Shown: positions 46,627 through 56,780, counted from the first letter of the stretch. The stretch is 64,000 nt of DNA from an uncultured Clostridia bacterium (GCA_944380935.1 CALWJF010000027.1:4082-68081), one strand, 5' to 3'. Notes: generated by a model from the letters alone, not told the origin. A program made the numbers and translations.

Positions 46627-49014
46627 ATGAACCAGTGCTATCAGATCCGGACCAGATCATATGCGCGGGAGGGAAATATCGTAAAGGGCGCACAATACCG
46701 TTTTACGATCCTTACACCCAGCCTGATACGGATGGAATACGATGAAACGGGTAGTTTTACAGATGCTCCGACACAATGTGTGTTTTTCCGTGACTTCCCC
46801 GAAACAGATTTCCGTGTAGAAGAAACGGAAACCCAGTTGCGGATTGATACAGGACGGCTTTTGCTGGAATATACAAAGGGGCCGTTTTGCAGCACGGGCT
46901 TATACATCCATCTCAGGGCTCAGCCAGGCGAACGGGGACTTGCCAATGGATGGTATTATGGAGAAACACCCCGTACACTTGGCGGCACTGCACGCACGCT
47001 GGATACAATCGATGGGTCTTGCCCGCTGGAGCCCGGTTTGATGTCGAAGTATGGATACAGCTTGCTCGATGACAGCCGCTCTTTATGCTTATGTGAAGAT
47101 GGCTTTGTTGCGCCGCGCCGCAGTGATTGTATAGATCTGTACTTTTTTGGATATGGGCATGCGTATCGCGCGTGTCTGCAGGATTTCTATAAACTTTGCG
47201 GATCAACGCCGATGCTGCCACGGTTTGTATTTGGAAACTGGTGGAGCCGGTATTACGCGTATACGGAAGAAAGTTATTGCGCGCTAATGGACCGGTTTGC
47301 GCAGGAAAAAACGCCATTTTCAGTCGCCGTTATTGATATGGATTGGCATCTGACGCGCATTGATCCAAAATATGGAAGCGGCTGGACCGGGTATACGTGG
47401 AACCGGGAATTATTTCCGGATCCTGCACGTTTTTTGAATGGGTTGCATCGTAGAGGTTTGAAAACAAGCCTGAATCTGCATCCTGCAGAGGGCATTGCCG
47501 CTCATGAGGATGCGTATGCGCAAATGGCAAAAGCAATGGGGATTGACCCGGAAAGTGAACAGACGGTATTATGCGATGTATCCGATCCGGCGTATCTTGA
47601 AAATTATTTCCAATATGTTCTGCATCCGCTGGAAGAACAGGGTGTAGATTTCTGGTGGATAGACTGGCAGCAGGGGACGCGGACAAAGCTTGCAGGCTTG
47701 GACCCGCTTTGGATATGGAACCATTATCATTTTCTTGACAGCGCCCGCAATAATCGACGTCCGCTTACATTTTCCCGCTATGCAGGTCCGGGTTCCCATC
47801 GATACCCGGTGGGGTTTTCCGGTGATACCGTCATTACCTGGGAATCGTTGCAGTTTCAACCGGAATTTACGGCAACAGCTGCCAATATCGGATATGGCTG
47901 GTGGAGTCATGATATTGGCGGACATATGGGCGGATACAAAAATGATGAGTTGGAAGTACGCTGGTATCAGTATGGCGTATTTTCACCGATTAATCGCCTG
48001 CATAGTACGTCGAGCCCCTTCAATGGAAAGGAACCCTGGCGTTTCGGCATAGAGGCTTGTGAAATTATGAAAAAATTCCTGCGCCTGCGTCATAAGCTTG
48101 TGCCCTATCTGTACACGATGAATTACCATGCCTGGCAGGATGGCCGGGTATTGTGCGAACCAATGTATTATGCATATCCGGAAGAAGCAGAGGCATATAG
48201 CGTACCGAACCAGTATTGGTTTGGTACCCAGCTGATGGCTGCGCCGGTGACGACGCCTCGGATTCCCGGCCTTAATCGGTCGTGCACGCAGGTCTGGCTC
48301 CCGGATGGGCTGTGGTTTGATGTGTTCGCCCGCCGTCCGTATCAGGGCGGACGAAAAATGCGTATGTATCGGACATTGGATACCTTTGCATTATTTGCCC
48401 CGGCAGGCGCTATTGTGCCGATGGCGGAATTGGAATGTGCGCAGTATGCAGACCGGAACCCGGAACATTTGGAAATCCACATATATCCGGGTGCAGACGG
48501 ACAATTTGTGTTATATGAAGATGATAATGTATCTACAGATTACGCAGAAGGCATAAGCGCGCGTACACCGATGAAACTGGATTGGTCAGCGCGGCGCTTT
48601 ACGGTCGGACCGGCAGAGGGCTGCTGCAACCTGCTTCCTGCGCAGCGCAGGTATACGCTGGTTTTTGAGGCGATTGATGCACAGACGGCCCAGGTTCAGG
48701 CAGATCAGATACCGGTTGATGCTCAGTGTGCCTATGATGCGTCAACACGCAGCCTCTCGATATCGGTCGAACCCATCTCTCCGGATACGGTACTGTCGGT
48801 TTCTTTGCCCGCTGCATGCAAGATTGCCAAAGCGGAATATGAAACAGAATTGTTCGATTTCCTCAACGATGCGCAGATTGATTTTTCCGTAAAAGATCAG
48901 GTATACCGGATCGTGTCTGCAAAGGACCCGCTTGGCGTAATGCTCAGCCGGATTTATCAGCTGGATATCCCGGAAGATTTGAAAAATGCTGTGCTTGAAT
49001 TGCTTACCGCATAA
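46627..49014 (+). CDS. glycoside hydrolase family 31 (alpha-xylosidase/alpha-glucosidase-like), cytoplasmic
   Basis: GH31 catalytic region VDFWWIDWQQG and GYGWWSHDIGGH. Start at MNQCYQ after AGGAGG. No signal peptide. Confidence 0.8.
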   Translation: MNQCYQIRTRSYAREGNIVKGAQYRFTILTPSLIRMEYDETGSFTDAPTQCVFFRDFPETDFRVEETETQLRIDTGRLLLEYTKGPFCSTGLYIHLRAQPGERGLANGWYYGETPRTLGGTARTLDTIDGSCPLEPGLMSKYGYSLLDDSRSLCLCEDGFVAPRRSDCIDLYFFGYGHAYRACLQDFYKLCGSTPMLPRFVFGNWWSRYYAYTEESYCALMDRFAQEKTPFSVAVIDMDWHLTRIDPKYGSGWTGYTWNRELFPDPARFLNGLHRRGLKTSLNLHPAEGIAAHEDAYAQMAKAMGIDPESEQTVLCDVSDPAYLENYFQYVLHPLEEQGVDFWWIDWQQGTRTKLAGLDPLWIWNHYHFLDSARNNRRPLTFSRYAGPGSHRYPVGFSGDTVITWESLQFQPEFTATAANIGYGWWSHDIGGHMGGYKNDELEVRWYQYGVFSPINRLHSTSSPFNGKEPWRFGIEACEIMKKFLRLRHKLVPYLYTMNYHAWQDGRVLCEPMYYAYPEEAEAYSVPNQYWFGTQLMAAPVTTPRIPGLNRSCTQVWLPDGLWFDVFARRPYQGGRKMRMYRTLDTFALFAPAGAIVPMAELECAQYADRNPEHLEIHIYPGADGQFVLYEDDNVSTDYAEGISARTPMKLDWSARRFTVGPAEGCCNLLPAQRRYTLVFEAIDAQTAQVQADQIPVDAQCAYDASTRSLSISVEPISPDTVLSVSLPAACKIAKAEYETELFDFLNDAQIDFSVKDQVYRIVSAKDPLGVMLSRIYQLDIPEDLKNAVLELLTA

Positions 49015-49034
49015 AAACAAATTACGAGAAGAAG

Positions 49035-49070
49035 CCTACCCGGCAGGAAACGGTTTTCTGTCGGGTAGTA
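49035..49070. terminator. bidirectional terminator between convergent genes
   Basis: Stem CTACCCGGCAG-gaaacggtttt-CTGTCGGGTAG. Confidence 0.5.
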
Positions 49071-49091
49071 TTATGCTGGAATCCAAAACCT

Positions 49092-49790
49092 TTAATCTTT
49101 GTATTCGTAGATCGGCTCATCATCGGTCTGTTTTCCGGAACCGTTGAGATCGATGGGATCGCCGAGATAAGTTGGAGCGGGTTTAAAGATGGCAAAAAGT
49201 AAATCTTTACAGCGCGCAAGGGATTCACGGAAATTGTTATAAATATCATTTTTATAATCGCGCAGATCGGCGCTGACACCATAGGCTTCAATGCCCAGCA
49301 TACGTGCAACGAAAATACTGCGATAAAGATGATATTTTTGTGTCACAAAGATTACGCAGTCCGCGCCGAATACCGCTTTGGCACGATAAGCAGATTCATA
49401 GGTGGAGAAACCGGCATGATCCATAAAAACATCTTCAGCCGGTACGCCAAGTTCAACGGCTGTGCCTTTCATCGCATTGACTTCGTCGTATTCGCTGGCG
49501 CCGTGGTCTCCGCTCATAATCAGTTTTTCAACAGCGCCGTCGGAATACAGGCGAACACCTGTATATACCCGGTCGTAGAGCATATGGCTCAGTTCCCCGG
49601 AAGCCAGTACATTTGCGCCGAGAATAAGCGCACAGTCCGCGTTTTTTTCTGCAGCTTGCTGCGCAGTGAGAATATATCGGCTGGAATAGAGCAGGATAAA
49701 GGCGTTGATGCCAAGATAAAACAGCAATCCAAGGGCAAAAAGCCATGCTGCGATCCGAAGAATAAGCTGCCATATAGAAGAATTTGTCAT
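49092..49790 (-). CDS. SanA/YdcF (DUF218) family protein
   Basis: N-terminal TM segment, then ALILGANV...LIMSGDHGASEYDEVNAM...FVTQKYHLYRS. Start at MTNSS, 7 nt after AAGGAG. Confidence 0.8.
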   Translation of the reverse strand: MTNSSIWQLILRIAAWLFALGLLFYLGINAFILLYSSRYILTAQQAAEKNADCALILGANVLASGELSHMLYDRVYTGVRLYSDGAVEKLIMSGDHGASEYDEVNAMKGTAVELGVPAEDVFMDHAGFSTYESAYRAKAVFGADCVIFVTQKYHLYRSIFVARMLGIEAYGVSADLRDYKNDIYNNFRESLARCKDLLFAIFKPAPTYLGDPIDLNGSGKQTDDEPIYEYKD

Positions 49791-50065
49791 AGAAGTGCTC
49801 CTTGTGCAGGGATAAATGTTATGAAGCCGGGTGTTTGTGCGTCTAATAATGGCGAGGGACATGTGTATGCATTCGACACCGGCTTAATTATATATGGGGG
49901 TTTTATGTTTGAGGCCAGGCGGCTCCAATAAAACCATGATAACAAAAGATCAGGATATCTGCAAGAAAAATGAGGAAAATGCCGTAAATTATAGAAATCT
50001 TATGGATATATTGTGCATATGCAGTTTACTGGTGCAAATGCAAAGATGAAACAGGGAAGGAAACT

Positions 50066-51307
50066 ATGAAACACACGCGAATCAGTATTTTTATTTTAAC
50101 AGTTTTGCTTGGCTTTATGCTTTGTGCTTGTACTCCGGCAATGGATACACAGGATGCGATTATAACCCCGGAAGAATTGGAACCGGAAGAACAGACACCC
50201 GCATTTTCTGTGCTTCCCGGGATACAGGAAGAAGAAACGGACGTATCTTCCGATACAGGAGAGGGGGAAACGGAGGAAATAGCGCCGGATCCGGTGGAAA
50301 TATATGTTCAATCTCTGATAGATTCCATGTCTGATGCGCAGCTTGCCGGGCAAATGATATTATGTGCCTGTCCGACGGAGAACGCGGGGGAACTGATTTC
50401 TGCAATAGAGCCGGCAGGTTTGATTTTATTCGGTAAAAATATAGACGGAAAAACGCCGCAAACCCTTTCACAGGAATTGGCAGCGTATCAAGAAACTGTA
50501 AAAATTCCGCTTTTGATTGCAACCGATGAGGAAGGCGGTACGGTTGTCCGGGTCAGCGCCAATTCGGCATTCCGGGAGAGCCGGTTCCGCGCTCCGCGCC
50601 AAATCCTTGCGGAAGAAGGGGTGGACGGACTGATTGCGGAGATGCAAGAAAAAGCGCAGCTTTTGACGTCACTGGGAATCAATGTAAATCTTGCACCGGT
50701 TTGTGACCTGGCGCAGCAGGAGGACAGTTTCATGTATGCGCGCGCACTCCCGGGAAGTGTGGAGGAAGTATGCAGTTATGTTGAAGAAATGGTTTCGGCG
50801 ATGCAGGGTGAAGGGCTGGGTACGGTTTTGAAACATTTCCCCGGCTATGGGGAAAATGGGGACACCCATACTGGCTCCGTAAGCGATACAAGACCGGAGG
50901 AAACGTTTTTTAATACCGATTTTCTGCCGTTTCAGGCTGGCATTGCTGCGGGTAGCGGCAGTGTTTTGGTCAGCCATAATATTGTTACGGCCTTTGATGG
51001 GCAAATGCCTGCATCTCTGTCAAAAACGGTACTGGATGTCTTGCGGCTGAATTTGGGGCAGGATATCGTTGCGATGACAGACGATCTGCAAATGGAGGCA
51101 ATTAGCGGGCAATGGACGCTTGCTGAAGCCGCCATGCTGGCCATCGAGGCAGGGGAGGATCTGGTAGTATGTTCGGATGGCGCAACGGCAGCTTCCGCAC
51201 TGATAGAGGCATTGGCGGATGGACGCATTTCTCGAGAGCGTGCGGAAGAATCCGTACGGCGAATTCTGTTGTGGAAAATAAAGCTTGGATTGCTCACGGT
51301 AGAATAG
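50066..51307 (+). CDS. glycoside hydrolase family 3 N-terminal-domain lipoprotein (NagZ-like beta-N-acetylhexosaminidase)
   Basis: Lipobox LCAC, then ATDEEGGTVVR and KHFPGYGENGDTHTG. Confidence 0.8.
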   Translation: MKHTRISIFILTVLLGFMLCACTPAMDTQDAIITPEELEPEEQTPAFSVLPGIQEEETDVSSDTGEGETEEIAPDPVEIYVQSLIDSMSDAQLAGQMILCACPTENAGELISAIEPAGLILFGKNIDGKTPQTLSQELAAYQETVKIPLLIATDEEGGTVVRVSANSAFRESRFRAPRQILAEEGVDGLIAEMQEKAQLLTSLGINVNLAPVCDLAQQEDSFMYARALPGSVEEVCSYVEEMVSAMQGEGLGTVLKHFPGYGENGDTHTGSVSDTRPEETFFNTDFLPFQAGIAAGSGSVLVSHNIVTAFDGQMPASLSKTVLDVLRLNLGQDIVAMTDDLQMEAISGQWTLAEAAMLAIEAGEDLVVCSDGATAASALIEALADGRISRERAEESVRRILLWKIKLGLLTVE

Positions 51308-51383
51308 TAGACGCTGCGTTGAGAAACCGATAAAAATTTTGTAGAAAAAGCGCAGGTTTTTTCGAAAGCTTGCGCTTTTTGTC

Positions 51384-51412
51384 TTGACAAAGTAGAGGAT
51401 GTCCGTTACACT
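51384..51412 (+). promoter_or_regulatory. promoter of the THF riboswitch-folT unit
   Basis: TTGACA (51384-51389), 17-nt spacer, TACACT (51407-51412). Confidence 0.55.
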
Positions 51413-51436
51413 AGCTGACGGGGAGAACCCAAAAGA

Positions 51437-51545
51437 AAACAGAGTAGGGTATGGGGCGTTAAGTGTTGTCCGGACGGGGAGTTGCCGGACAGACGAAAAT
51501 GGCGGAGAAAGCTGTTGCGGTCCTGTTCCCGCATCCCGCTGTTGC
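51437..51545 (+). promoter_or_regulatory. THF (tetrahydrofolate) riboswitch
   Basis: AACAGAGTAG...GGCGTTAAGTGT...GCATCCCGCTGTT matches the remembered THF-I aptamer core (AGAGUAG, GCGUUAAGUGU, GCAUCCGCU). P1 is AACAG/CTGTT. A downstream CCTCCTTT...AAAGGAGG hairpin can sequester the folT SD. Confidence 0.8.
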
Positions 51546-51604
51546 ATAGGAGTATGGATGAAGTGCCTCCTTTATGCGGCAAACGGTGCAAAGGAGGTAT
51601 TTTT

Positions 51605-52276
51605 ATGCAATTTTTTAAAACTCCATTTTCTCGTGCATACTGGCAATGCGCTTTTTCGGAGCTGAAAAAGCCGCGCATGATTGTGCTGGCCGCTTTGATC
51701 GTTGCTTTGCGCGTCGCGCTTAAGTCCGTGTCGATTCCGGTTGGTGAAAGCTTGAATATAACAGTGGGCTTTTTTGCAAATGCGTTGGGCGCAATGCTTT
51801 ATGGTCCGGTTGTTGCAGCATTGTCTGGCATGGTCAGCGATCTGCTCGGTTGCCTGCTCTTTCCGAGCGGCCCGTTTTTTCCGCCTTTTACGCTGGTGGA
51901 AATGCTGGGTTCGCTGCTGTTTGCATTATGGCTGTATCGGGTGCGGTTGACCCCTTTGCGTGTTTTTGCATCCAAATTGAGTGTCAATGTGATTTGCAAT
52001 ATTCTGCTGACGCCGATTTTCCTGTCGTGGATGTATGGAAAGGCGGTAACCATTTATTTGATTCCGCGTATTGCCAAGAATCTATGTATTTTCCCGATTG
52101 AAGGGGTGCTTTTGACGCTGTTTTTGGATTTAGTGATCCCAATTTTGCAAAAAATGGGGATTGAGACTGGCATACAGGATAAACTGAAGCTGGATCGGGT
52201 CCATATCGCATATTTGGCGCTTTTGTTTATTGCAGCTGTGGCGGCAGTATTGCTGTATTATTTTGTTTTATGCTAA
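51605..52276 (+). CDS. folT: ECF transporter S component, folate family (FolT-like)
   Basis: The internal Met after AAAGGAGG gives a 223-aa polytopic protein with FolT-like sequence (ALIVALRVALKSVSIPV...). Sits downstream of the THF riboswitch. Confidence 0.8.
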   Translation: MQFFKTPFSRAYWQCAFSELKKPRMIVLAALIVALRVALKSVSIPVGESLNITVGFFANALGAMLYGPVVAALSGMVSDLLGCLLFPSGPFFPPFTLVEMLGSLLFALWLYRVRLTPLRVFASKLSVNVICNILLTPIFLSWMYGKAVTIYLIPRIAKNLCIFPIEGVLLTLFLDLVIPILQKMGIETGIQDKLKLDRVHIAYLALLFIAAVAAVLLYYFVLC

Positions 52277-52326
52277 GAAGTATTGGACATGGCTGAATAA
52301 AAAACAATCTAAGTATAGAGAAGCTC

Positions 52327-52355
52327 TTGAAATTTTGGAGCGATTGTGATAAAAT
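52327..52355 (+). promoter_or_regulatory. promoter of the pheST leader
   Basis: TTGAAA (52327-52332), 17-nt spacer, TAAAAT (52350-52355) with a TGn extended -10. Confidence 0.55.
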
Positions 52356-52367
52356 TATTCTAATTTC

Positions 52368-52668
52368 ATAAGAGAAAAAGCGAAGATCGGGAGGCGAAAG
52401 CCAAAAGACCGCTGTGCATTTTCGCGCAAAGAGAGGCTGTGCCATAGGCTGGAAGTACGGCTGCGCAGAAGCGGCGGAGATATTCCCCCGGGAGCTGCCC
52501 TGCTTAACGTGAATAACCAGTAGGCGGGGACGAATCCAGGCGCGTTAAGCCTGTTGCGGATGGCAGTCCGCAAAGAGAGTTTCCAGAAATTGGAAAAACC
52601 GGGGTGGTACCGCGGAAAAAGCTTTTCCGTCCCCGGCGCGTTGCGGCGCGCCGGGGATTTTTTTTGCC
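52368..52668 (+). promoter_or_regulatory. T-box leader (Phe) with terminator/antiterminator
   Basis: Conserved T-box sequence GGGGTGGTACCGCGG at 52600-52614. Terminator CCCCGGCGCG-ttgc-GGCGCGCCGGGG plus T8 at 52631-52665. AGAGAG box at 52428. Candidate UUC specifier at 52483-52485. Confidence 0.85.
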
Positions 52669-52756
52669 CGGCGGCGAGGCGAATAGATTTTTGAAGATGT
52701 ACCTGAAAAACCGGTACGCAGAAAAATTGAAAACAAGAGGTGCTTGAAAGGTGAGT

Positions 52757-53779
52757 ATGAAAGAAGAGCTTGGGCGCATTCAGAAAGAAGCGCTTGAAGC
52801 GATCGCGTCTGCGGCAACAGATGTGGAACTGGATGCCGTTCGAATCCGCTATTCAGGGAAAAAAGGCGCGTTAACTGCAATTTTAAAAAGTATGGGCAAG
52901 CTTTCCCCGGAAGAACGTCCGGTTATGGGGCAGTTGGCAAATGAGGTACGTGCCAAAATAGACAGTGCGTTGGAGACGCGTTTTGCTGAATTGAAAGCGC
53001 GTGCACTGGACCGGCGCCTTGCTGCAGAAACCCTGGATGTAACGATGCCAGGCAAGGCCGTGCAGCCTGGACATCGCCATCCCCTGACGACGACCATCGC
53101 GGACGTTCGCCGGGTATTCGAAACGATGGGGTTTGAAACGGTGGAAGGACCGGAAGTGGAACTGACGCATTATAACTTCGACCTGCTGAATACGTCGCCC
53201 AATCATCCGGCCCGTGATCCGCAGGATACGTTCTACTTCGAAGATGATATTGTGCTGCGTACGCAGACTTCGTCGGTTCAGGGACGCGTAATGGAAACGC
53301 GTCAGCCGCCGATTCGAATCATTGCACCGGGCCGCGTTTATCGGAGCGATGATCTGGATGCAACGCATAGTCCGCTTTTCCATCAGATCGAAGGTATGTT
53401 GATTGATCGTGATGTGCGTATGTCGGATTTAAAAGGGTATTTGGAAGTCTTTGCACAGGCGATTTTCGGACAGGAAACACGGGTGCGTTTCCGTCCCCAT
53501 CATTTCCCCTTCACAGAACCTTCGGCAGAAATGGATGTATCGTGCTTTGTCTGCGGCGGGAAGGGCTGTCCGCTGTGCAAAGGTGAAGGATGGATTGAAA
53601 TCCTTGGCTGCGGTATGGTGCATACCAATGTTTTATCGGCATGTGGAATCGATCCGGAAAAATACACCGGGTTTGCTTTTGGCATGGGCGTGGAGCGTAT
53701 TGCCATGCTGCGGTATAAGATCGATGAAATGCGTCAATTTTATGATAATGATCTGCGCTTCCTGTCGCAGTTTAATTAA
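52757..53779 (+). CDS. pheS: phenylalanine--tRNA ligase subunit alpha
   Basis: HPLTTTI...class II motifs FRPHHFPFTEPSAE, GFAFGMGVERIAM. ATG 52757 preferred, with GTG 52751 possible. Confidence 0.95.
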   Translation: MKEELGRIQKEALEAIASAATDVELDAVRIRYSGKKGALTAILKSMGKLSPEERPVMGQLANEVRAKIDSALETRFAELKARALDRRLAAETLDVTMPGKAVQPGHRHPLTTTIADVRRVFETMGFETVEGPEVELTHYNFDLLNTSPNHPARDPQDTFYFEDDIVLRTQTSSVQGRVMETRQPPIRIIAPGRVYRSDDLDATHSPLFHQIEGMLIDRDVRMSDLKGYLEVFAQAIFGQETRVRFRPHHFPFTEPSAEMDVSCFVCGGKGCPLCKGEGWIEILGCGMVHTNVLSACGIDPEKYTGFAFGMGVERIAMLRYKIDEMRQFYDNDLRFLSQFN

Positions 53780-53794
53780 AGGAGGGGGATTGTA

Positions 53795-56176
53795 ATGCTG
53801 CTTTCCATGAATTGGCTAAAAGCCCTTGTCCCCTATGCGTATGACCCGCATCGGTATATTGCGGATATGACGATGTCCGGTTCCAAGGTTGAAACATTGC
53901 AGTATCTTGGCTCAGAAATTGAAAAGGTTGTCGTTGGACGCGTGGATGCAATGGAGCGTCATCCTGACTCTGACCATCTCTGGGTTTGCATGGTGGATAT
54001 AGGCTGTGAGGAGAAGCTTCAGATTATTACCGGTGCACAGAATTTAAAGGTGGGGGATATCGTTCCAGTCGCGTTGGATCAGTCCCGTTTGCCCGGCGGC
54101 GTAGAGATCCATAAGGGTAAACTGCGCGGGTTGGAGTCCAACGGAATGCTGTGTTCCTATCAGGAGCTGGGTTTGACGGAGCATGATGTACCTGGCGCCT
54201 GCGAACATGGGATTTTAACCCTTAACGATGATCCTGATGCGGTCCTTGGCCGCGATATACGGGAGGTTCTTGGTTTTGACGATTGGGTAGTAGATTTTGA
54301 GATTACGCCTAACCGTCCGGATTGTCTGTCGATTATCGGCCTGGCGCGGGAAAGCGCGGTGACCTATGGTCTGCGTTATGTTCCGGAAACGCCGAAGGTC
54401 CGCGGCGGAGCAGGACGCATTGAGGACGTTTTAAAAGTGCGCGTCGATGAACCGGCATTGTGCCCTCGTTATACAGCGCGGGTTGTGAAAAACGTTCATA
54501 TTGAACCGTCTCCGAAATGGATGCGGGATCGTTTGCGTGCCTGCGGTGTGCGTCCGATAAATAATATAGTGGATATTACCAACTATGTAATGCTGGAATA
54601 TGGGCAGCCGATGCATTCCTTCGACTATGCCTGCCTGGATGGCGGGGAAATCGTTGTGCGCCGCGCATTGGAAGGCGAACAAATGCAGACATTAGATGAA
54701 AAACCCCATAACTTGGATACCGATATGCTGGTAATTGCCGATTCCCATCGTGCGGTCGGCGTGGCAGGCGTGATGGGCGGCGCCAACAGCGAAATTACCG
54801 ATGCGACCCGGATGGTCGTATTTGAATCTGCGAATTTTGATGCAACATCGATTCGTTTGACTTCCCGCCGGCTGGGTATGCGTACGGAAGCGTCTGGGCG
54901 TTTTGAAAAGGGATTGGATACCCGCAATACGCTTGCTGCGGTAGAGCGTGCATGTGAATTGATCGAAATGCTTGGCGCAGGCGAGGTCTGCGACGGAATC
55001 ATTGATATTGATAACGCCGACAGTACGCCGCGTGTGCTGACGCTGGATGTTGCGCGTATCAATCGTTTCCTGGGCGTCGAGGTATCGCGAGAGGAAATGC
55101 TGCATATTTTTGACCTGCTTGGGTTTGAACTGAACGGTGACCTTTTGACCGTACCTTCTTGGCGGCTGGATGTGGAACAGTTTGTCGATTTGGCCGAAGA
55201 AGTGGCGCGTTTCCATGGTTATGATAAAATCCCCACTACGCTATATGCCGGCGCAACGCGTTTCACGCCAAATGCGGCAGTAGATTTTGATGATCGCCTG
55301 CGCGAGATTCTCTGTGCGCTGGGTTATACGGAAGCCCAGACCTTTTCCTTCATCGGACCGAAGAGCTTTGACCGGATCCGACTGGCTCCGGACAGCCCCT
55401 TGCGCCATACCGCACGGCTGCGCAATCCGCTTTCAGATGAAATGAGCGTCATGCGGACAACGATGCTGCCGTCAATTTTGGATGTAGCAGCGCGCAATGC
55501 CAATATGAAAAATAAGAATGCGCGGATTTATGAACTTGGATCGATTTATACACCCGTTGAGGGAGAGCGTCTGCCGAAAGAATCCAAGGTGCTGACAATC
55601 GCTGCCTATGGTTCGGTGGATTTCTTCGCTGTCAAGGGAATCGTAGAGGCGCTGGCAATGGAGCTGGGTATGGATAGACTGGAGTTTTCCGCTTGTCGGG
55701 ATAATCCCTCCTATCATCCGGGACGCTGTGCGCGCATCAGCGTGAATGGGGATGAACTGGGCGTAATGGGTCAGATCCATCCGTTGGTTGCGCAGAATTA
55801 TAATACCAGTGCGGAAATTTATACAGTAGAATTGGATGTCCCCGCACTTTTTGCGCATAAGGGCGGATTGACCCAGTATAAGCCGCTTGCAAAATTCCCT
55901 GCAGTCAGCCGGGACATCGCGCTGGTTTGCGCGGAATCTGTTACGGCCGCGCAGCTGGAATCCTGTATCCGCGCGGGCGTGGGTACGCTTTTGGAATCTG
56001 TGGAATTGTTCGATGTCTATCGCAGCGAACAGATCGGCGAAGGACGCAAGAGCATGGCATATACCATTACGATGCGCGACCCGACCCGGACCTTGACGGA
56101 CGCAGACGCAGATGCCGCAGTTTCGCGTGCACTCGCTCTGCTGGAAAAGGATACCGGCGCAGTGCTGCGTGCATAA
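53795..56176 (+). CDS. pheT: phenylalanine--tRNA ligase subunit beta
   Basis: 793 aa. N-terminal tRNA-binding domain, then B3/4, B5 and FDX-ACB domains in the usual order. Confidence 0.95.
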   Translation: MLLSMNWLKALVPYAYDPHRYIADMTMSGSKVETLQYLGSEIEKVVVGRVDAMERHPDSDHLWVCMVDIGCEEKLQIITGAQNLKVGDIVPVALDQSRLPGGVEIHKGKLRGLESNGMLCSYQELGLTEHDVPGACEHGILTLNDDPDAVLGRDIREVLGFDDWVVDFEITPNRPDCLSIIGLARESAVTYGLRYVPETPKVRGGAGRIEDVLKVRVDEPALCPRYTARVVKNVHIEPSPKWMRDRLRACGVRPINNIVDITNYVMLEYGQPMHSFDYACLDGGEIVVRRALEGEQMQTLDEKPHNLDTDMLVIADSHRAVGVAGVMGGANSEITDATRMVVFESANFDATSIRLTSRRLGMRTEASGRFEKGLDTRNTLAAVERACELIEMLGAGEVCDGIIDIDNADSTPRVLTLDVARINRFLGVEVSREEMLHIFDLLGFELNGDLLTVPSWRLDVEQFVDLAEEVARFHGYDKIPTTLYAGATRFTPNAAVDFDDRLREILCALGYTEAQTFSFIGPKSFDRIRLAPDSPLRHTARLRNPLSDEMSVMRTTMLPSILDVAARNANMKNKNARIYELGSIYTPVEGERLPKESKVLTIAAYGSVDFFAVKGIVEALAMELGMDRLEFSACRDNPSYHPGRCARISVNGDELGVMGQIHPLVAQNYNTSAEIYTVELDVPALFAHKGGLTQYKPLAKFPAVSRDIALVCAESVTAAQLESCIRAGVGTLLESVELFDVYRSEQIGEGRKSMAYTITMRDPTRTLTDADADAAVSRALALLEKDTGAVLRA

Positions 56177-56182
56177 AAGGAA

Positions 56183-56218
56183 AAAGATGGGTTTCTGACG
56201 GGAATCCCATCTTTTTTG
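56183..56218 (+). terminator. intrinsic terminator after pheT
   Basis: Stem AGATGGG...CCCATCT followed by TTTTTTG. Confidence 0.7.
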
Positions 56219-56313
56219 TTTGCAAACACATGCATAATTTCCGGAAATTGGATGTATAGCTTCCGCAGCGTAGGACAAACTAGCTTTGAAATCGCTTGGG
56301 AGGTAAAAGAGTA

Positions 56314-56487
56314 ATGACGACGAAAGAATTGCTGTACGTCGAAGATGCGCTCGGACATGCAAAATATTTTCAGTCCAAGTGCAAGGAAACCGCAAACCAA
56401 CTCCAGGATGATGAGCTGAAGGCGTATGTCGAACAGATGGCGCAGAAGCATCAGCAGATTTTCCAGAGTTTTTATGGCTTACTGTGA
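56314..56487 (+). CDS. small helical protein, usual upstream partner of CotF-like genes
   Basis: 57 aa starting MTTKELLYVEDALGH after GGGAGG. The stop is followed 17 nt later by the CotF-like start. No family name assigned. Confidence 0.5.
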   Translation: MTTKELLYVEDALGHAKYFQSKCKETANQLQDDELKAYVEQMAQKHQQIFQSFYGLL

Positions 56488-56504
56488 ACAGGAGGAATCG
56501 ACAG

Positions 56505-56750
56505 ATGAACGATAAAAGTTTAATGGAGAACCTTCTCCTGCTGGAAAAAGGCGTATGTGATTTATTCCTGCACGGCACGATAGAGTCCCCCACGGATAAC
56601 GTGCATCAGACCTTTAATACTGCACTGAGCGATGCGCTGTGCATGCAGGATACAATTTATGACAAAATGGCGGCCAAAGGCTGGTATCCAGCGGAACAGG
56701 CCGATCAGAATAAGATCACTTCTGTAAAACAGAAGTTTCTGGCCCAGTAA
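56505..56750 (+). CDS. spore coat protein F-like (Coat_F domain)
   Basis: MNDKSLMENLLLLEKGVCDLFLHGTIESPTDNVHQTF... resembles Coat_F. Start after AGGAGG. Confidence 0.65.
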   Translation: MNDKSLMENLLLLEKGVCDLFLHGTIESPTDNVHQTFNTALSDALCMQDTIYDKMAAKGWYPAEQADQNKITSVKQKFLAQ

Positions 56751-56780
56751 ATTTTGTCAAATGCCTGTGTTGGCGCGGCC

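Noticed and set aside
52368-52668. Tandem (double) T-box suggested by two AAAGAGAG boxes
   Set aside because: Only one T-box 14-mer and one terminator/antiterminator pair are present, so it is a single T-box leader.
55472-56593. 373-aa minus-strand ORF antisense to the 3' end of pheT and the CotF-like pair
   Set aside because: It is codon-aligned with pheT (positions = 2 mod 3). No recognisable domain or RBS. The sense genes have strong homology signals.
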